DNA of 63,932 nt, the filler included, from Vannella sp. (taxonomy: Eukaryota): the NCBI GenBank assembly GCA_023345925.1. It is 6 parts of 6 records of this genome, joined end to end, with 100 filler letters (N's around TTAATTAATTAA, not from the genome) between each part and the next. Parts side by side here need not be neighbours in the genome. Positions count along the whole stretch, not along the records: positions 33,876 to 43,365 come from JAJQQN010001216.1; positions 43,466 to 52,791 come from JAJQQN010001146.1; 4 more parts are not named here. One strand, written 5' to 3'. The notes beneath the pieces were generated by a model, which did no database searches, had not been told where the DNA came from, and worked only from the letters and a program-made list of their open reading frames with translations. Each line of letters opens with the position of its first letter. Positions within the stretch are counted from its first letter, which is position 1. Of this stretch, positions 33,877 to 45,347 are shown piece after piece. The translations under genes were made by a program, and so were the position numbers.

Positions 33877-35277
33877 GAAGAACCGGTTTCGGCCCCCACT
33901 CTGCGATATCCGGTCCCTTCTTCCCCCTCACGGACAGCTAGAAGGAGCCTTCCTTGTAATATTGGGCCTGTACGGCATCATCGTACACCAATTACTTCTC
34001 TCAACTCTCACTACGCCCCCTATCCGATACAACCAAAGCCCTCGATGCCTCTTCCTTGTGCAAGCTCCCTCCGCATGGGGGAACTTCACATCTCCAACTC
34101 ACCACCTGGTCTTCCTTTGCCTTTACCTGACTTTGGTGCTTTCGATAGTAGTGGCTTCAGTGCCCGAAGGACCTCATCACCGATGGTCACCCCTGAAGCT
34201 CCTAAGAAGTCAAGAAGGGTCTCTCAAGCCCGAGGTCAGCGCAGTCTCTCTTCACCCTTACTAGGAACCGATGAAGGAGAAAATGGAAAGGAAGTGGACT
34301 ACAGTCGGTACTTCGTCGAACGCCAATCCATTGGACAAGGCTCCCAGGGCACGGTCTTCAAGGTCAAGAACATCTCCGATAGTCGTTGGTATGCTTTGAA
34401 GGTTCTAAAGGCCACCCTGACGGGTGACAGCCATCGTTCACGCCTGATCGACGAGATCAACTATGTGAAGAGCTTCTCTCCTCATCCCCACATCCTCAGC
34501 TACATCGAAGCATGGGAGAGTGACGGCGAGGTCAACATCCAAATGGACCTATGTACGAAGAGCTTGGAAGAGCATATGAGCGAGTGGCAACAACAAACCT
34601 CTGACCGGATGGAGGAGGCGTGTCTGTGGAACTACGCGGCAGATCTAGCCTTGGGATTGCACCAGATCCATCGAAAGGGATTCGTTCATCGAGATATCAA
34701 ACCAGCTAACGTCTTCTTCGACCCAGAGGGTCATCTGCGGATCGGCGACTTTGGTTTGCTCGTACCTGAAGAGAAGCGCGACTCCCGTGAAGGAGACTCC
34801 CGTTACTTAGCACGGGAAGTCATCAAAGAGGATCATTGCGGTAAGCCAGCTGACCTCTTCAGCCTGGGAGCGTCGCTATTCGAGTTATCATCACTCGTGC
34901 AGATGCCCAGCGACGGGCATCTGTGGGAAGTGCTACGTGATGGCTCTGTTCATGAGATAGAAGAATTCCCCAAGCTCTTCTCTGACGAGTACAAACGACT
35001 CGTTAGCGACTTGATGCATCCCGACCCCCTTCAACGACCCACAATCCAGCAAGTACTGGCTCACCCCCGCATTGTAGACGTCATCTCCTCTAGAAGGGAG
35101 ACCCACTTGCAATCATATATGACGGCCATCCAAGACCAAGTCCCATCCATGAAGCAAGTGACTCCTTCCCGTTCTCGTATGCGCACCCGCTCGATGAACC
35201 GCTCGCACATCTCAACTGTCAGCTCCTCTTCGCCATCCTCCTCTCCCTGTCGAGTCACGCGGAGATCCTTGTTTTGA
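33877..35277 (+). CDS. Wee1/Myt1-family kinase, probably 5' truncated
   Basis: IGQGSQGTVFKV, YALK, HRDIKPANVF, IGDFG, REGDSRYLARE, LWEVLRDG; frame open to the contig edge. Confidence 0.88.
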   Translation, partial: EEPVSAPTLRYPVPSSPSRTARRSLPCNIGPVRHHRTPITSLNSHYAPYPIQPKPSMPLPCASSLRMGELHISNSPPGLPLPLPDFGAFDSSGFSARRTSSPMVTPEAPKKSRRVSQARGQRSLSSPLLGTDEGENGKEVDYSRYFVERQSIGQGSQGTVFKVKNISDSRWYALKVLKATLTGDSHRSRLIDEINYVKSFSPHPHILSYIEAWESDGEVNIQMDLCTKSLEEHMSEWQQQTSDRMEEACLWNYAADLALGLHQIHRKGFVHRDIKPANVFFDPEGHLRIGDFGLLVPEEKRDSREGDSRYLAREVIKEDHCGKPADLFSLGASLFELSSLVQMPSDGHLWEVLRDGSVHEIEEFPKLFSDEYKRLVSDLMHPDPLQRPTIQQVLAHPRIVDVISSRRETHLQSYMTAIQDQVPSMKQVTPSRSRMRTRSMNRSHISTVSSSSPSSSPCRVTRRSLF

Positions 35278-35383
35278 TCCTTCGCCCTTCCCTTTGGGTC
35301 TGTACTCTACTTCAAGTGCTCCCGTAGCACGTTGCACATAGAATCTTATCATCGTTCTACAGTCAGTTTAGGGTTTGGGCTTG

Positions 35384-36226
35384 TTACTCCTCCTTGTCTT
35401 CTTCAGAGCGAGGCGTCGAGGCAGTGAACTTTCCTCCATTCCACACGCGATAGGTTCCAGCCAGTCGGTCCCAAAGAGTAGTGTACTGGCCATAGTTGAA
35501 GCGGTAGTAGAAGTGGTGTCCACGGTGGTGTGCGCTGCCGTTGATGATCCCATCAAGTCCAGCAAAGGAGACGCGATCGTGAATGGAGATGGTCCATACT
35601 TGCACGAAGATAAACATACCAAGGTAGGCCCAGTTCCAGAAGGGAAACAGGAGTGTGTAGAGATGGTAAGGGAACGATTGAGCGAACCCATCAAACGGGT
35701 CGAAGGCAATAGCAGCAAAGGGAGTGGGGTACTTGAATGAATGGTGTGTGCGATGGAATCTTTCGTAAAGTGGCTTCCAGTGAAGAGCGTAGTGGATCCA
35801 GAAGATGAGGCAGTCCGTGAAGAGGAGGAACCCAACAATGCTTCCCACCAGGAAGGGCCATCCATAGTCATCTACGTTATGATACAAGCGGCCATAGCCA
35901 GCCCAATGAACCATATACATAGTTGCTGTCAAGGCAGACACGGTGGGGATGCCACGAAGAGAGGTCACGATTTCCGAGCGGACTTGGCCTGGTTTCACTG
36001 CTTTGTCCTCTTCATCCAGTAGCTGGTTCGGAAATAGTATGTAGATGATCAGGTAAGACAGCCCTGAAGCGGAGAAGTAAAGCGCGACACCACCAAGGAC
36101 GAGGAGAACCCAAAACAGAGCAAATGCACGGATGAAGTCGTTGTGGTGCAGACCAGCACTCTCTAATACCTCCCCAGCCCAAGTTGTATCCAAGTATGAG
36201 TTGACGTATTCGTGGACCACGTCCAT
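35384..36226 (-). CDS. ERG3: Sterol C-5 desaturase
   Basis: His boxes HYALH, HRTHH and HHRGHH; TPFAAIAFDPFDG; FNYGQYTTLWDR. Confidence 0.93.
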   Translation of the reverse strand: MDVVHEYVNSYLDTTWAGEVLESAGLHHNDFIRAFALFWVLLVLGGVALYFSASGLSYLIIYILFPNQLLDEEDKAVKPGQVRSEIVTSLRGIPTVSALTATMYMVHWAGYGRLYHNVDDYGWPFLVGSIVGFLLFTDCLIFWIHYALHWKPLYERFHRTHHSFKYPTPFAAIAFDPFDGFAQSFPYHLYTLLFPFWNWAYLGMFIFVQVWTISIHDRVSFAGLDGIINGSAHHRGHHFYYRFNYGQYTTLWDRLAGTYRVWNGGKFTASTPRSEEDKEE

Positions 36227-36847
36227 GGCCCAGAAGCAATAGAAGCTGACCTGCAAGGAGCAATAAGTAAGCTATTATTGGGACCAGCGGGCCATAGCGA
36301 AAGTAATCAAAAATGGCTGTTTATAGAGTTGTATGTTACACGCCAAATGGCGGGCCGGTGCTACTGAGGGATTATCACAGAGCTTAATTCTACAAGGGTA
36401 CATGTCGTTGTGAGTCTGGTCTTGAGAAGCCAGAAGTTCGGTAGACAGGAAGAAGGCGTGACTGGGGAACGAGGCGTGGTTGGCCGCAACCGAGGGCTCT
36501 TGTCACCATCTTGGCAATAGCCGAACGCTTGAGAGTGTCTCTTGGCTCTCTTCTATTGGAAGTAAGAAGTATCTCAGGACTCGTACGATTCATAGGGACA
36601 GAAAGAAGTGGCTTAGAAGGAGTTCCAGAAGGGGTTAGGCCAAACACTGAGTGTTCAGAGTTTTTTCTTTATTAGGGTCGACAGCTTTCCTGTTCTGAAT
36701 AACCTCCCACACCAGGCCTTCCTTATCAGGTCCATGGGACACCATCGATGGTGCTTCCATAATGTTCCAGATAACTTTGGGAGCCTCCTCTAGAAATCAG
36801 CCAAAAGGCTCATCCCTGTTCATGAAGACATTCAACACAAACACGAG

Positions 36848-37014
36848 TTTGAGAGAAGTCACGAGTGGCGAGGGCATTTCCCCTTGTTTGGGTCCTCAAA
36901 CATCCAAAAAGTGAAAAAACGAAATCAGTCCAAAAGCTTATCTTGAAGAGATGGAGGTCATCAGGGCAAGCACGAGTTCTGCCCCTCTCTTCCCCTTCAC
37001 TCGTGGATTTTCTC
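36848..37014 (+). repeat. Copy B of the dispersed structured intergenic element (core 36937-36964)
   Basis: CTTATCTTGAAGAGATGGAGGTCATCAG plus shared blocks TTTGGGTCCT, GAAATCAG, CACGAGTT and TCGTGGATTTTCTC. Confidence 0.9.
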
Positions 37015-37122
37015 CCTCTTCCCCTTCGCTTTTTTGGATTCTCTTGGGCACTGTAATTGATGGATTTTCAGCAAAGTTGATTGGCAAAAAATCTTCTCAG
37101 GCTGCTCACTTTCTGTCCAACC

Positions 37123-37703
37123 ATGAGCAAGGCCCCACGCACCGCCCTCGAGGACAAGAAATGGGTTGTCGTAAGTATGACGGCACATGTGCGATACTCG
37201 AGCCTTACTCGGATGGGATAGGAATACTACACCGACAACAAGGCCATTGAAATCACCCCCACCTCTCCCAACGAGAGCGTCCACCTCTTCCAGTGCAACG
37301 ACTCTGTTGTACAAATCAAGGGCAAGGTAACATCCGTCATGATTGGTAAGCCCACCTCAACCTCAGCCCTCCACTAACACCCGAACAAGTCAACTGCAAG
37401 AACATCGGTGTGGTGTGCCAGGACGTCATCGCCTCAATGGAAGCCACCAACTGCAAGAAGGCCCAGCTCCAGTTTGGTGTGATTCCCACCATCCAGCTCG
37501 ATAATGTGTCTGGCTGCTCGTTGTATGTGCAAAAGGCCAACCGTGAGCAGACCAACTTCATCACTGCGGGCTGCACTGAGATCAACATCGTCACTCTTGA
37601 TGGCGACAACGAGCCCTCCGAGTCGCCCCTTCCTGAGCAGTTCATCTCTGTCTTCGAAGGTGACAAGCTCGTCACTAAGCCTACCGACCACCTCGGTGTC
37701 TAA
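37123..37703 (+). CDS. Stand-alone C-terminal (CARP) domain of cyclase-associated protein (3 exons)
   Basis: KKWVVEY, VVQIKGKVTSV, IPTIQLDNVSGCSLY, ESPLPEQFIS. Confidence 0.88.
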
Positions 37704-37764
37704 GCCACAGCAACTAAACATGGTTGACCTCGAAATCCTCTTCAAAAAGGTCATTTTGTGAAGG

Positions 37765-40700
37765 ATGGAGGAGAAGGTCTCGCCTCCTCGGCCTTTCGAT
37801 CTCGTGGTGATGGGGAGGTACCGAGAGCTAGAAGAAGCCTTCAAAGGAATGGAAGAGGAGCTAGAGGGGTTCTTGCCGCGGTTGATCTTCCACGCAACCC
37901 ACCAGGATGAGAACCTCTTCCGTTTACTCTCTTCCTTTCCCCAGGCGGGCCGTATTCAGGTATACCTAGCGCGAGTGGATGCTTTAGCTCTCCGAATCCG
38001 CATCAGAGACTCTGCGAAGGGCAACCCAGTGGAGAGCGCCATCTACGTCAACTTTCCCTTCGACCCAAACCTTTACGATCGTCTTCTGAACGAGTTTGAG
38101 AGCGGGAGCCCAGTGGAGCAGGTCCGTATCATAGCTTGGGAGTTGTATCAGCTCGCACAGATCGCCAGGTTCTCGATTCCCGACGATCGAGTGCCCGTTC
38201 CCGAAGCTCTCTTGGCCATGGAAGAGCAGAGCCAAGCCTCTCACAAGCGTGGCGAAGGGAAGAAAGACGCCAAAGCAGATGATTGGAAGCGCCAGAGGCT
38301 TCTCAAACTCACCCGCCAGCGGAAGCTTGTGCTAAAGCAAGAGGCTGCGGCTCGTCTTCCCGTCCTCTCTTCCATCTCGTTTCGTTTGCTCTTACATGAG
38401 ATCGCCTCCTGCATACCTCTTATTCTTGGCATTCCAGACCCCAAGGATGAGCTTCCTTCCATCACTGTGGCGGACATGGTCTCAGGGCTGATCCTTTTTG
38501 GTGAAGGGAGCGTCAGTATCATCCGTACCATCGTTTGCAACCATCCACACGCACTTCAGGAAGTAGTGGCAGCCTTATTGAACTCTGTTTCGCTTCTCCC
38601 TTCGCTTGTTCTGTAAGTCAAGTCACTTCCAAGACACTTTTCTCATCTTTCAAAGCGAGGTGCTTTTAGACATTTCCTCTCTGTCACCCCTTTGTGCAAG
38701 AGCAGTGAGAGAGTATTTGGTAGCTCAACAGAAGCTTCCCCATTCTGTGATGAGAATCACTTCGACCCATCTGAACGACCAAATTGACTTTCTCAGCGGG
38801 TTACTCTCGCAATGCGCTTGGATCAAAGGTGCCCTCCGGCAGGATAGCAACTTGCCAATAAGGCTCTTCTTATTGGAGCGTTTGGAAGCACATTGTCAGG
38901 CATTGGAACTTGGTCAGGTTCTTAGTGAGGAAGGACACCAGGAGATTGTGTCCTTGCTACGGATCTATTGCACTATTTTCAACACTTTTATATCTAAGGC
39001 AGAGGCACAGGCACTTATGAGACTCATGAAATCTCTCCCGATTGACGAAGAGGCAACACCTTTAGCTCTCAGTTTTCTGCTTGCTTGTGAATGCCTTCTG
39101 TCTCTGATTGAAAAGGAGTCTGTCTGTGAACTGATGTTGGAACTGTACAGGAGCAATGTCTGTACAGAATTCTTCCTGTTGGTTGCTATTCACTTCCACA
39201 CGAAGCGTATCTCTTCAATTATTGAATTGGTGCGGTCCACTCTTGGATTGCATATCATCTTCCACACCGATAGTTTGTCTCAGATTGGAGCTCTTCTCAC
39301 AGGGCATATCTTTACGGAAGAAGATGTTGCTCGCCGGGCTGTTGAGCTCTCTCCAGTGAATGGTGTCTCAGCGAATGACAGTTCAGCGTTGACCCTGAAC
39401 TGTGTCTATCATCTGCTTCGAAGTCAGGTCTTTGTAAGATACAACGTCGACGTTGGAGGATGGATTTATCGTCAGATTGAGTGCGCTTCCCTTCCCATTC
39501 ATCCTCTGCTCCCTGCCATGGTCGAGGAGTATGTCAACAGTATTACCAATCAGCTTGAGTTTGGCTACATTCAGCCCTTCCGTATGAAAAAAATCACTTC
39601 AGAGGAAGTACAATGTCTATTTGAGGATGCTGATAAGAAGGCACCTGCCGTGTTAGGATTGTACTACATGCTATTCTTTCAGCAGAAGCTTCTGGATATC
39701 CGCAAACGTGAAGCAATCAAAAACATTCGACCCATTACATCGAATGTTGAGACAATGGTACATGTTCTCAGAGACTTAGAGTATCCGGAGGAGGTGATTG
39801 GTGTTCTACCAGTTCAGCGTATTTTATCACAGATTCATGTTGACCCTACGAGTTATGGGAACATATACCCTCCTCTATTGTCTCTTGTGGTAACGCAGTT
39901 TCCTCGATTCTTCCTTTCTGAGAATCTCCTTTTGGAAGAGGAGCACCATTCGTAAGAGACCACTCCAATTTCCTCAGTCCCTCACATGATTGTTAGTTCT
40001 AGTCAGCTCCAGTTCACGTATTTCCATTTTCCAAAGAATAGTGTCTCCATTCAGGAGGTATTTGATACCTCTGATTCCCCATTGGATGTTACTCAAGCGA
40101 CCATGGGTGAGGGCTTCTTATTCCTTTGTTTCCATGCACTCACAGTCTCCTTAGCAATCTCATCGCTCCGCACGGGAGATTTCCAGAAACTGATGAACAT
40201 TGCCCCACTCTTGATGAAGAGCGTCTTTCCTTTCTTACTAGAAACCCAGTACGTTTGTTTCACCAAGTTGCCTAAATCTGACCGTCAATGGCGCTCAGAA
40301 TGCAGAACTTCCGATTAGCCCAGGAGTTTTATCTCCTTTGGGAGAAAGCCTTTTGTGTCAAGTCCTCGGAGATTGGCTTGGCCACAGTCAATATTCTCAG
40401 ACAAAAGGAGGAAAGGAGGGGAGGCGATTTGTCAGAGAATCCTCTTTTTTCAGACGCTGACTTGGTTAACGATCCGCTGATCGTTTTGCGTTGTGATCCA
40501 CGAACCTTTACAAGTCCTATTCTCGTTCAGATCATCCTGCAGGTTCTGGATTCGTACATGATTGCCTCCCGAACTTCCTTGAACCGACAAGCACAAGCCT
40601 CTCCTTCTGGAAGTATCAAAAGGACCCAGCTTGCCAATTTGGTTCATTTGCAAGACTCCACTATTCTACAGATCCTCCTGGAGGTTACTCAACTAACTCT

Positions 40701-41259
40701 GTCAGGAGAGCAGGAGGAGATTAACGCACTCATTTGCGGCTTCCTCCATGCCCAGTTCATCAAGAACCCAATCCTGGTCAAGTTGATTCACTTCCAAACG
40801 TATCCAATCCGTCTGATTCCCATCTTGGTGGAGGGTGTCCCATCAATCCACCTTTGCCTCGAGTTTGTGGGAGAATTGATGAGCCAACCAGAGCCCGAGA
40901 AACAATTGTTTGCAGTCCACCTGGGGACAGAGTTAGTGCGAAAGTATCCTCTTGTTTCCAGTGTGGAGCTAGCTCGACGCATTCTGAATCACTTGCGATT
41001 GGTCAGCTCGTCCGCCAGATCGGTCCAATTCCTGCGAGAGTCTCTTCCTTGTTTGGTCAATCTCTGCGCCTCTCTTCCCATTATGGCTGAGCCTGCCTGT
41101 CAATTACTCCTAGATCTGCGGGCAGATGATCCTTACCAAGACAAAGTCCCGTCCCTTGCCGTTCGTGTTTCATGCCGGGAGGCTCGAAGCGACGGTCCCC
41201 TTCAGGATGTTGTTGAACGCCTTTTCTCCACTTTGTCCACTCAAATTTTCATCAAATAA
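37765..41259 (+). CDS. INTS2: Integrator complex subunit 2, multi-exon
   Basis: LLVAIHFH, CVYHLLRS..WIYRQI..PIHPLL, DPLIVLRCD, ICGFLHAQFI..KLIHFQTYP..GVPSIHLCLEF. Confidence 0.9.
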
Positions 41260-41320
41260 GTGCGCTCGCTCGCTTTGTTATACCAAAGACCCTCCTTTTG
41301 CCATTTCTTCGAGCGCGGGA

Positions 41321-42171
41321 ATGGAGGAGGAGCTGGCGGTCCTTGAATCGATCTATGGGGATGAATTGGAAGGTCCAGATCACTGTGGATGGTGGAGAAT
41401 CAGGATATGCGACCCTCTGTATGTGGGGGGAGTGCGTGATAGCGAAGGGATGATGGGAGATGCTCCTGTGAAGCTGTCATTCTCCCTTCATGACGGATAT
41501 CCCGACCTTGTGATGCCTTTAGTAAGGCTAGAAGGTACTGGCATTGATGAAGTCGACCAAACACGTGTGATTGAGCTCGCCACAAGAGAGATCTTCTCTC
41601 CACAAGAGCCAATCATGTTCTCCCTCATATCCTGGTTGATGAGCGAGCTACCCACCTTTCTGGGGAAGGTCGCCGTTCCCTTGGCCTCTTTAGACCCTCC
41701 AAAGGGTGCTAGCGCCACACAAGAGCCTTCTGAACCTCCTCTCAGACTCATTCACGGCACGAGCATCTCTGATCGGAAGAGTAGGGCTCGTCTTCCTCCC
41801 TCGTCTTGCGAGTGTCGCGCTCATCTCTTGAGATAGGCAAGTTTGTGGCCCATCTAGTCCCTCTGGAGGACAGTAAACGAGTGCCAGAGGCGATGAGAAT
41901 GGTGAAGAGTGACCCAAAGATCGCACGAGCCACACATAACATCTTTGCGTTCCGAATACGCACGCCTGATGGCCAGCTCGACCAGCACCGAGACGATGAT
42001 GGCGAGACCGGAGCAGGAGACAAGCTGCTTGACCTCTTGGACAAATGCAACATCGAGAATGTCCTTCTCATTGTTACTCGCTGGTACGGAGGCATCCAAC
42101 TCGGACCAGACCGATTCAAGCACATCAACGAGCGCGCTCTCAATCTCCTCAAACAAGAGGGTTTCCTTTGA
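41321..42171 (+). CDS. IMPACT: IMPACT/Yih1 (RWD plus ancient domain), 2 exons
   Basis: EEELAVLESIYGD, YPD..P, SDRKSKFVAH, KIARATHNI, DDDGETGAG, VTRWYGGIQLGPDRFKHI. Confidence 0.95.
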
Positions 42172-42370
42172 CAACTAATTTGAAGAGATAAACTGAAAAT
42201 GATTAAACAGACCAAGTTGGCATTTGAGCTAATTACTTGCGACCAAGAAGAAAAGTCCTATTTTGGACATCAATAATCGCAGTCTCAAAGAACATTCCTT
42301 GAACGTTCAAGGATTTTTGGTCCGCACATTTTGGGTGCCTCGCTCGCTGGTGACCCATTTCTTCAGAGCT

Positions 42371-43204
42371 ATGCCAAGAGATCGTTCTTCGCTTGTCCAG
42401 AATGCATCGCGGGTTTACACATTAACGACGGAAAGGTGGCGCCAACTGTCATCGAGTTCGGAAAGCGTGAAAGGGCCTCTGCAGACAATGGGGAGTTCTT
42501 CTTCGTCTCTTTCTGTACCTGCGTTAAGCGTATGGGCCCAGACATCACGCACCTCTCCATCTCCACCAACAGACACAGCGCCTGGATCCGAGCTGGCAGT
42601 TGGCTTCATGAGTTTCCTCAACGACGACTCCAAGTCGACTTTGTCCGCTATCATCGACAAGCAGCAGAGGAAGCGCACTGAAACATCACTACCGATGCCT
42701 CCCTTTGTAAGTGACGTACTGCATCTCCTTCAAGTGTTCCCCACCTTCCCCCGCTCGATGATGATGGCGTTAGTCCTCCGGATGGAAGGCAACTGCGAGG
42801 AAGTCTATCATTTCCTCCTTGCCAACGCGTGGGTACCAACCAGATGTGGGCAAGGAGAGTTTAGGAACCAACGAGAACAACACTTTACCATTCCCTACTT
42901 CTTTGGAGTGTCCCCCACGCGCTCTGAGCTGAAACGACTCTTCCGAAGGGCTCCTGTTGGCTCGTTCATCACATTTTACCGTTATACAATGGAGGAGGAG
43001 GAGGTAACTGGGTTTAAGTACTTCATTTGCTATAAGAATCAAGCTGGTGGCTTGTCAGAGCGGTCCATCTCCGTCCCCGAAGTTCCTCCTCCACTCTTTC
43101 TCGTCATGCAGCTGGGGGCAGGGTTGAATGCTCCTGAGTCACGTCACTCTAGTGTTTCCTTTATTCCTTTCTTTGACCAAGTCAGGACGCTCTCTGTAGA
43201 ATAA
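42371..43204 (+). CDS. Unknown protein with CUE-like and degenerate SH2-like segments
   Basis: DVLHLLQVFPTF..MEGNCEEVYHFLL; PYFFGVSPTRSELKRLFRRAPVGSFI..YFICY. Confidence 0.6.
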   Translation: MPRDRSSLVQNASRVYTLTTERWRQLSSSSESVKGPLQTMGSSSSSLSVPALSVWAQTSRTSPSPPTDTAPGSELAVGFMSFLNDDSKSTLSAIIDKQQRKRTETSLPMPPFVSDVLHLLQVFPTFPRSMMMALVLRMEGNCEEVYHFLLANAWVPTRCGQGEFRNQREQHFTIPYFFGVSPTRSELKRLFRRAPVGSFITFYRYTMEEEEVTGFKYFICYKNQAGGLSERSISVPEVPPPLFLVMQLGAGLNAPESRHSSVSFIPFFDQVRTLSVE

Positions 43205-43365
43205 GATACTTTTTCAAGATTCTCTTTCTCTGTGCCCTCTTGTTCACGAACACTCTCATCTTCACATGGATCCATTGTAAAAGGCTGTCACTCACTGTTG
43301 CGGAGCGACGCATGGAGGGAAGGTCTCCATTGGATTGGCAAGTTAGGATGGATTGAAGAGTTCAC

Positions 43366-43465
43366 NNNNNNNNNNNNNNNNNNNNNNNNNNNNNNNNNNN
43401 NNNNNNNNNTTAATTAATTAANNNNNNNNNNNNNNNNNNNNNNNNNNNNNNNNNNNNNNNNNNNN
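43366..43465. other. Artificial contig linker
   Basis: N run with TTAATTAATTAA. Confidence 0.97.
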
Positions 43466-43637
43466 GCCTCCACCTAACAGAGAATCGATCTCTTTGCATC
43501 CCAAAGGGACTACGACCGCCTGCTCCAAGCATTCTTGAAGCCACGATGACGCCAACACTCCTGTAGCCTCCCTCGCCAGCATGCGGCCCAATGCATGTTC
43601 GTCACTATGGCTCTGCCAGTGTCCATTTGAACGCAGG

Positions 43638-45308
43638 ATGGCGCTGGACGTTGGTAGGCTGGTGAGGGAGGCAAAGTCGCCTTTCGCCTTGATGCAGGAC
43701 GTGGAAGCGAGGATGGCGGATGCACAGGTGTGAAGAGATGTAATGGGTTTAAGGTGTGACTGAGACCGTATGGCGTAGCGGCAGATAGAGGCTCTTGAGG
43801 AAGGCGACTTTGACTCTCTTCTTCGCTCCGAGCTTGTTCCTTCCTTGAAGGCAGATATAATAGCTCTCTCACAACGTTCTCTTCAACTTGCGCCGTCTGT
43901 ACGTCGCCTTCTGCGGTCTGAGAGCCTGAAAGATGAAGTTGACGTGTTCGAACCAGGTGAACAAGCAGAAGGAGTACGAGAGACTCACACAACAGTCTCT
44001 GGCCATTACAAAAAAGATCAAAGAGCAAGAAGCACTCGTCGAAAGCCTCAGCAGAGCCCTCAAGGTCAGTTACTCCATAGAAACGTTCCCCCTTCGCTTC
44101 TAAGCCGTAATAGTCGCACGAGAACCAGCCTAGAGAGGACGAGGAGTGTGGAAAACAAAGGACTCACCTACTAGAGGAAGCTAGGCGGTTGCTGATGGCT
44201 GAATATCATTCCTCTCTAGTGGTCGGTCAGACCGCGTCACATTCTGGCTGCTCCCACACTATTCCAACCTTCTGTGATGCCTGTTTGCAAGCTTTTGCCT
44301 TCCCAAAGTGCCACGTCACCTCAGTAACCAACAATCTCGTCCAATTGATGGACAAGACACTCTCCGATGCGCTCTGCGATGTCCCTGAAGGTCCAGAGGG
44401 GACCAGACAGTGCACAGATAGTCTTCATTCTGTTCGCATGATGATAGAACTGTGGCAAACCATCGTCCCACGCATCCATGGCAAAGTGATTCAGATGGTC
44501 CCTCGCGTTGCAGCTCTCTACCGCAACGACGGACTGTACCTTGCTCGATTTCTCCGTCAGATGCCGTTAGAATACCCCATCTACAAGCTTGAAAGCCTCC
44601 GCAGCTTGTGTGGGACCTTCATAGTCGTTGCTGGAGAGCTTGAGGAATCCTCACAGAAAGACTTTGCCAAGAATGTGGTTCGTCTGGCCCCTTGGAACTT
44701 CGAAATTCTTCTCATAGTGGATGTAGGGCTTCCAAATGGATCAAATCCTAGAAATTTTGACCCGCAGCGGGGGTCTGAGCAATGTGAGCAAGATGGAGAG
44801 AAAACAGCAAGTCCAAAATGGATTTGAACAGGTCAAAGAGTCTATTTGTCAGCTCTCTACATCCTGGAAGGTAGGCTGTTATTCTGGAAAGTGGTGTTCT
44901 GATAACTGAGCTTATCTGCAGGACGCACTCCCAGAAAAGCTGCTTTTTAGGACTCTCGGCGAGGTGATTGATCGCATCTTCCAGGCTCTTTTGAGTGAGA
45001 TCCAAAGGTTTGACGATTTTGGAGTTGAAGAAACAGAGGAGCTTCACCGGCTGTTTACTGGGCTTCAGCAAGAAGTAGGAAAAGAGTTTCCGCCTCAGGA
45101 TGGAGCCTCAAACTATGTACCGGTTTGGAATAAGTTCCAAAAATCAGCCGCGTTCTTTGATATGTCGATGGTCGGGATAGTTGAAATGTGGGAGAAAGCA
45201 GACCTGCAAGAATTCACTGCGGAAGAGATCCGGCGATGGATTAACGCACTTTTCTCTGATTCCGCCTTCCGCCAAAAGAACCTGCGAAAAGTGGTCGATC
45301 TCAAGTAG
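43638..45308 (+). CDS. ZW10: ZW10/Dsl1-like tethering protein, multi-exon, 5' structure uncertain
   Basis: LLEEARRLL, FPKCHVT, AALYRNDGLYLA, YVPVWNKF, FTAEEIRRWINALFSDSAFR. Confidence 0.78.
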
Positions 45309-45347
45309 TAAAGGATTCAAATTTGATGTACATGTATTCGCCGCATT

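Noticed and set aside
36951..37250. ORFs sharing MEVIR as a conserved peptide family
   Set aside because: They share only the element's core; downstream frames are unrelated.
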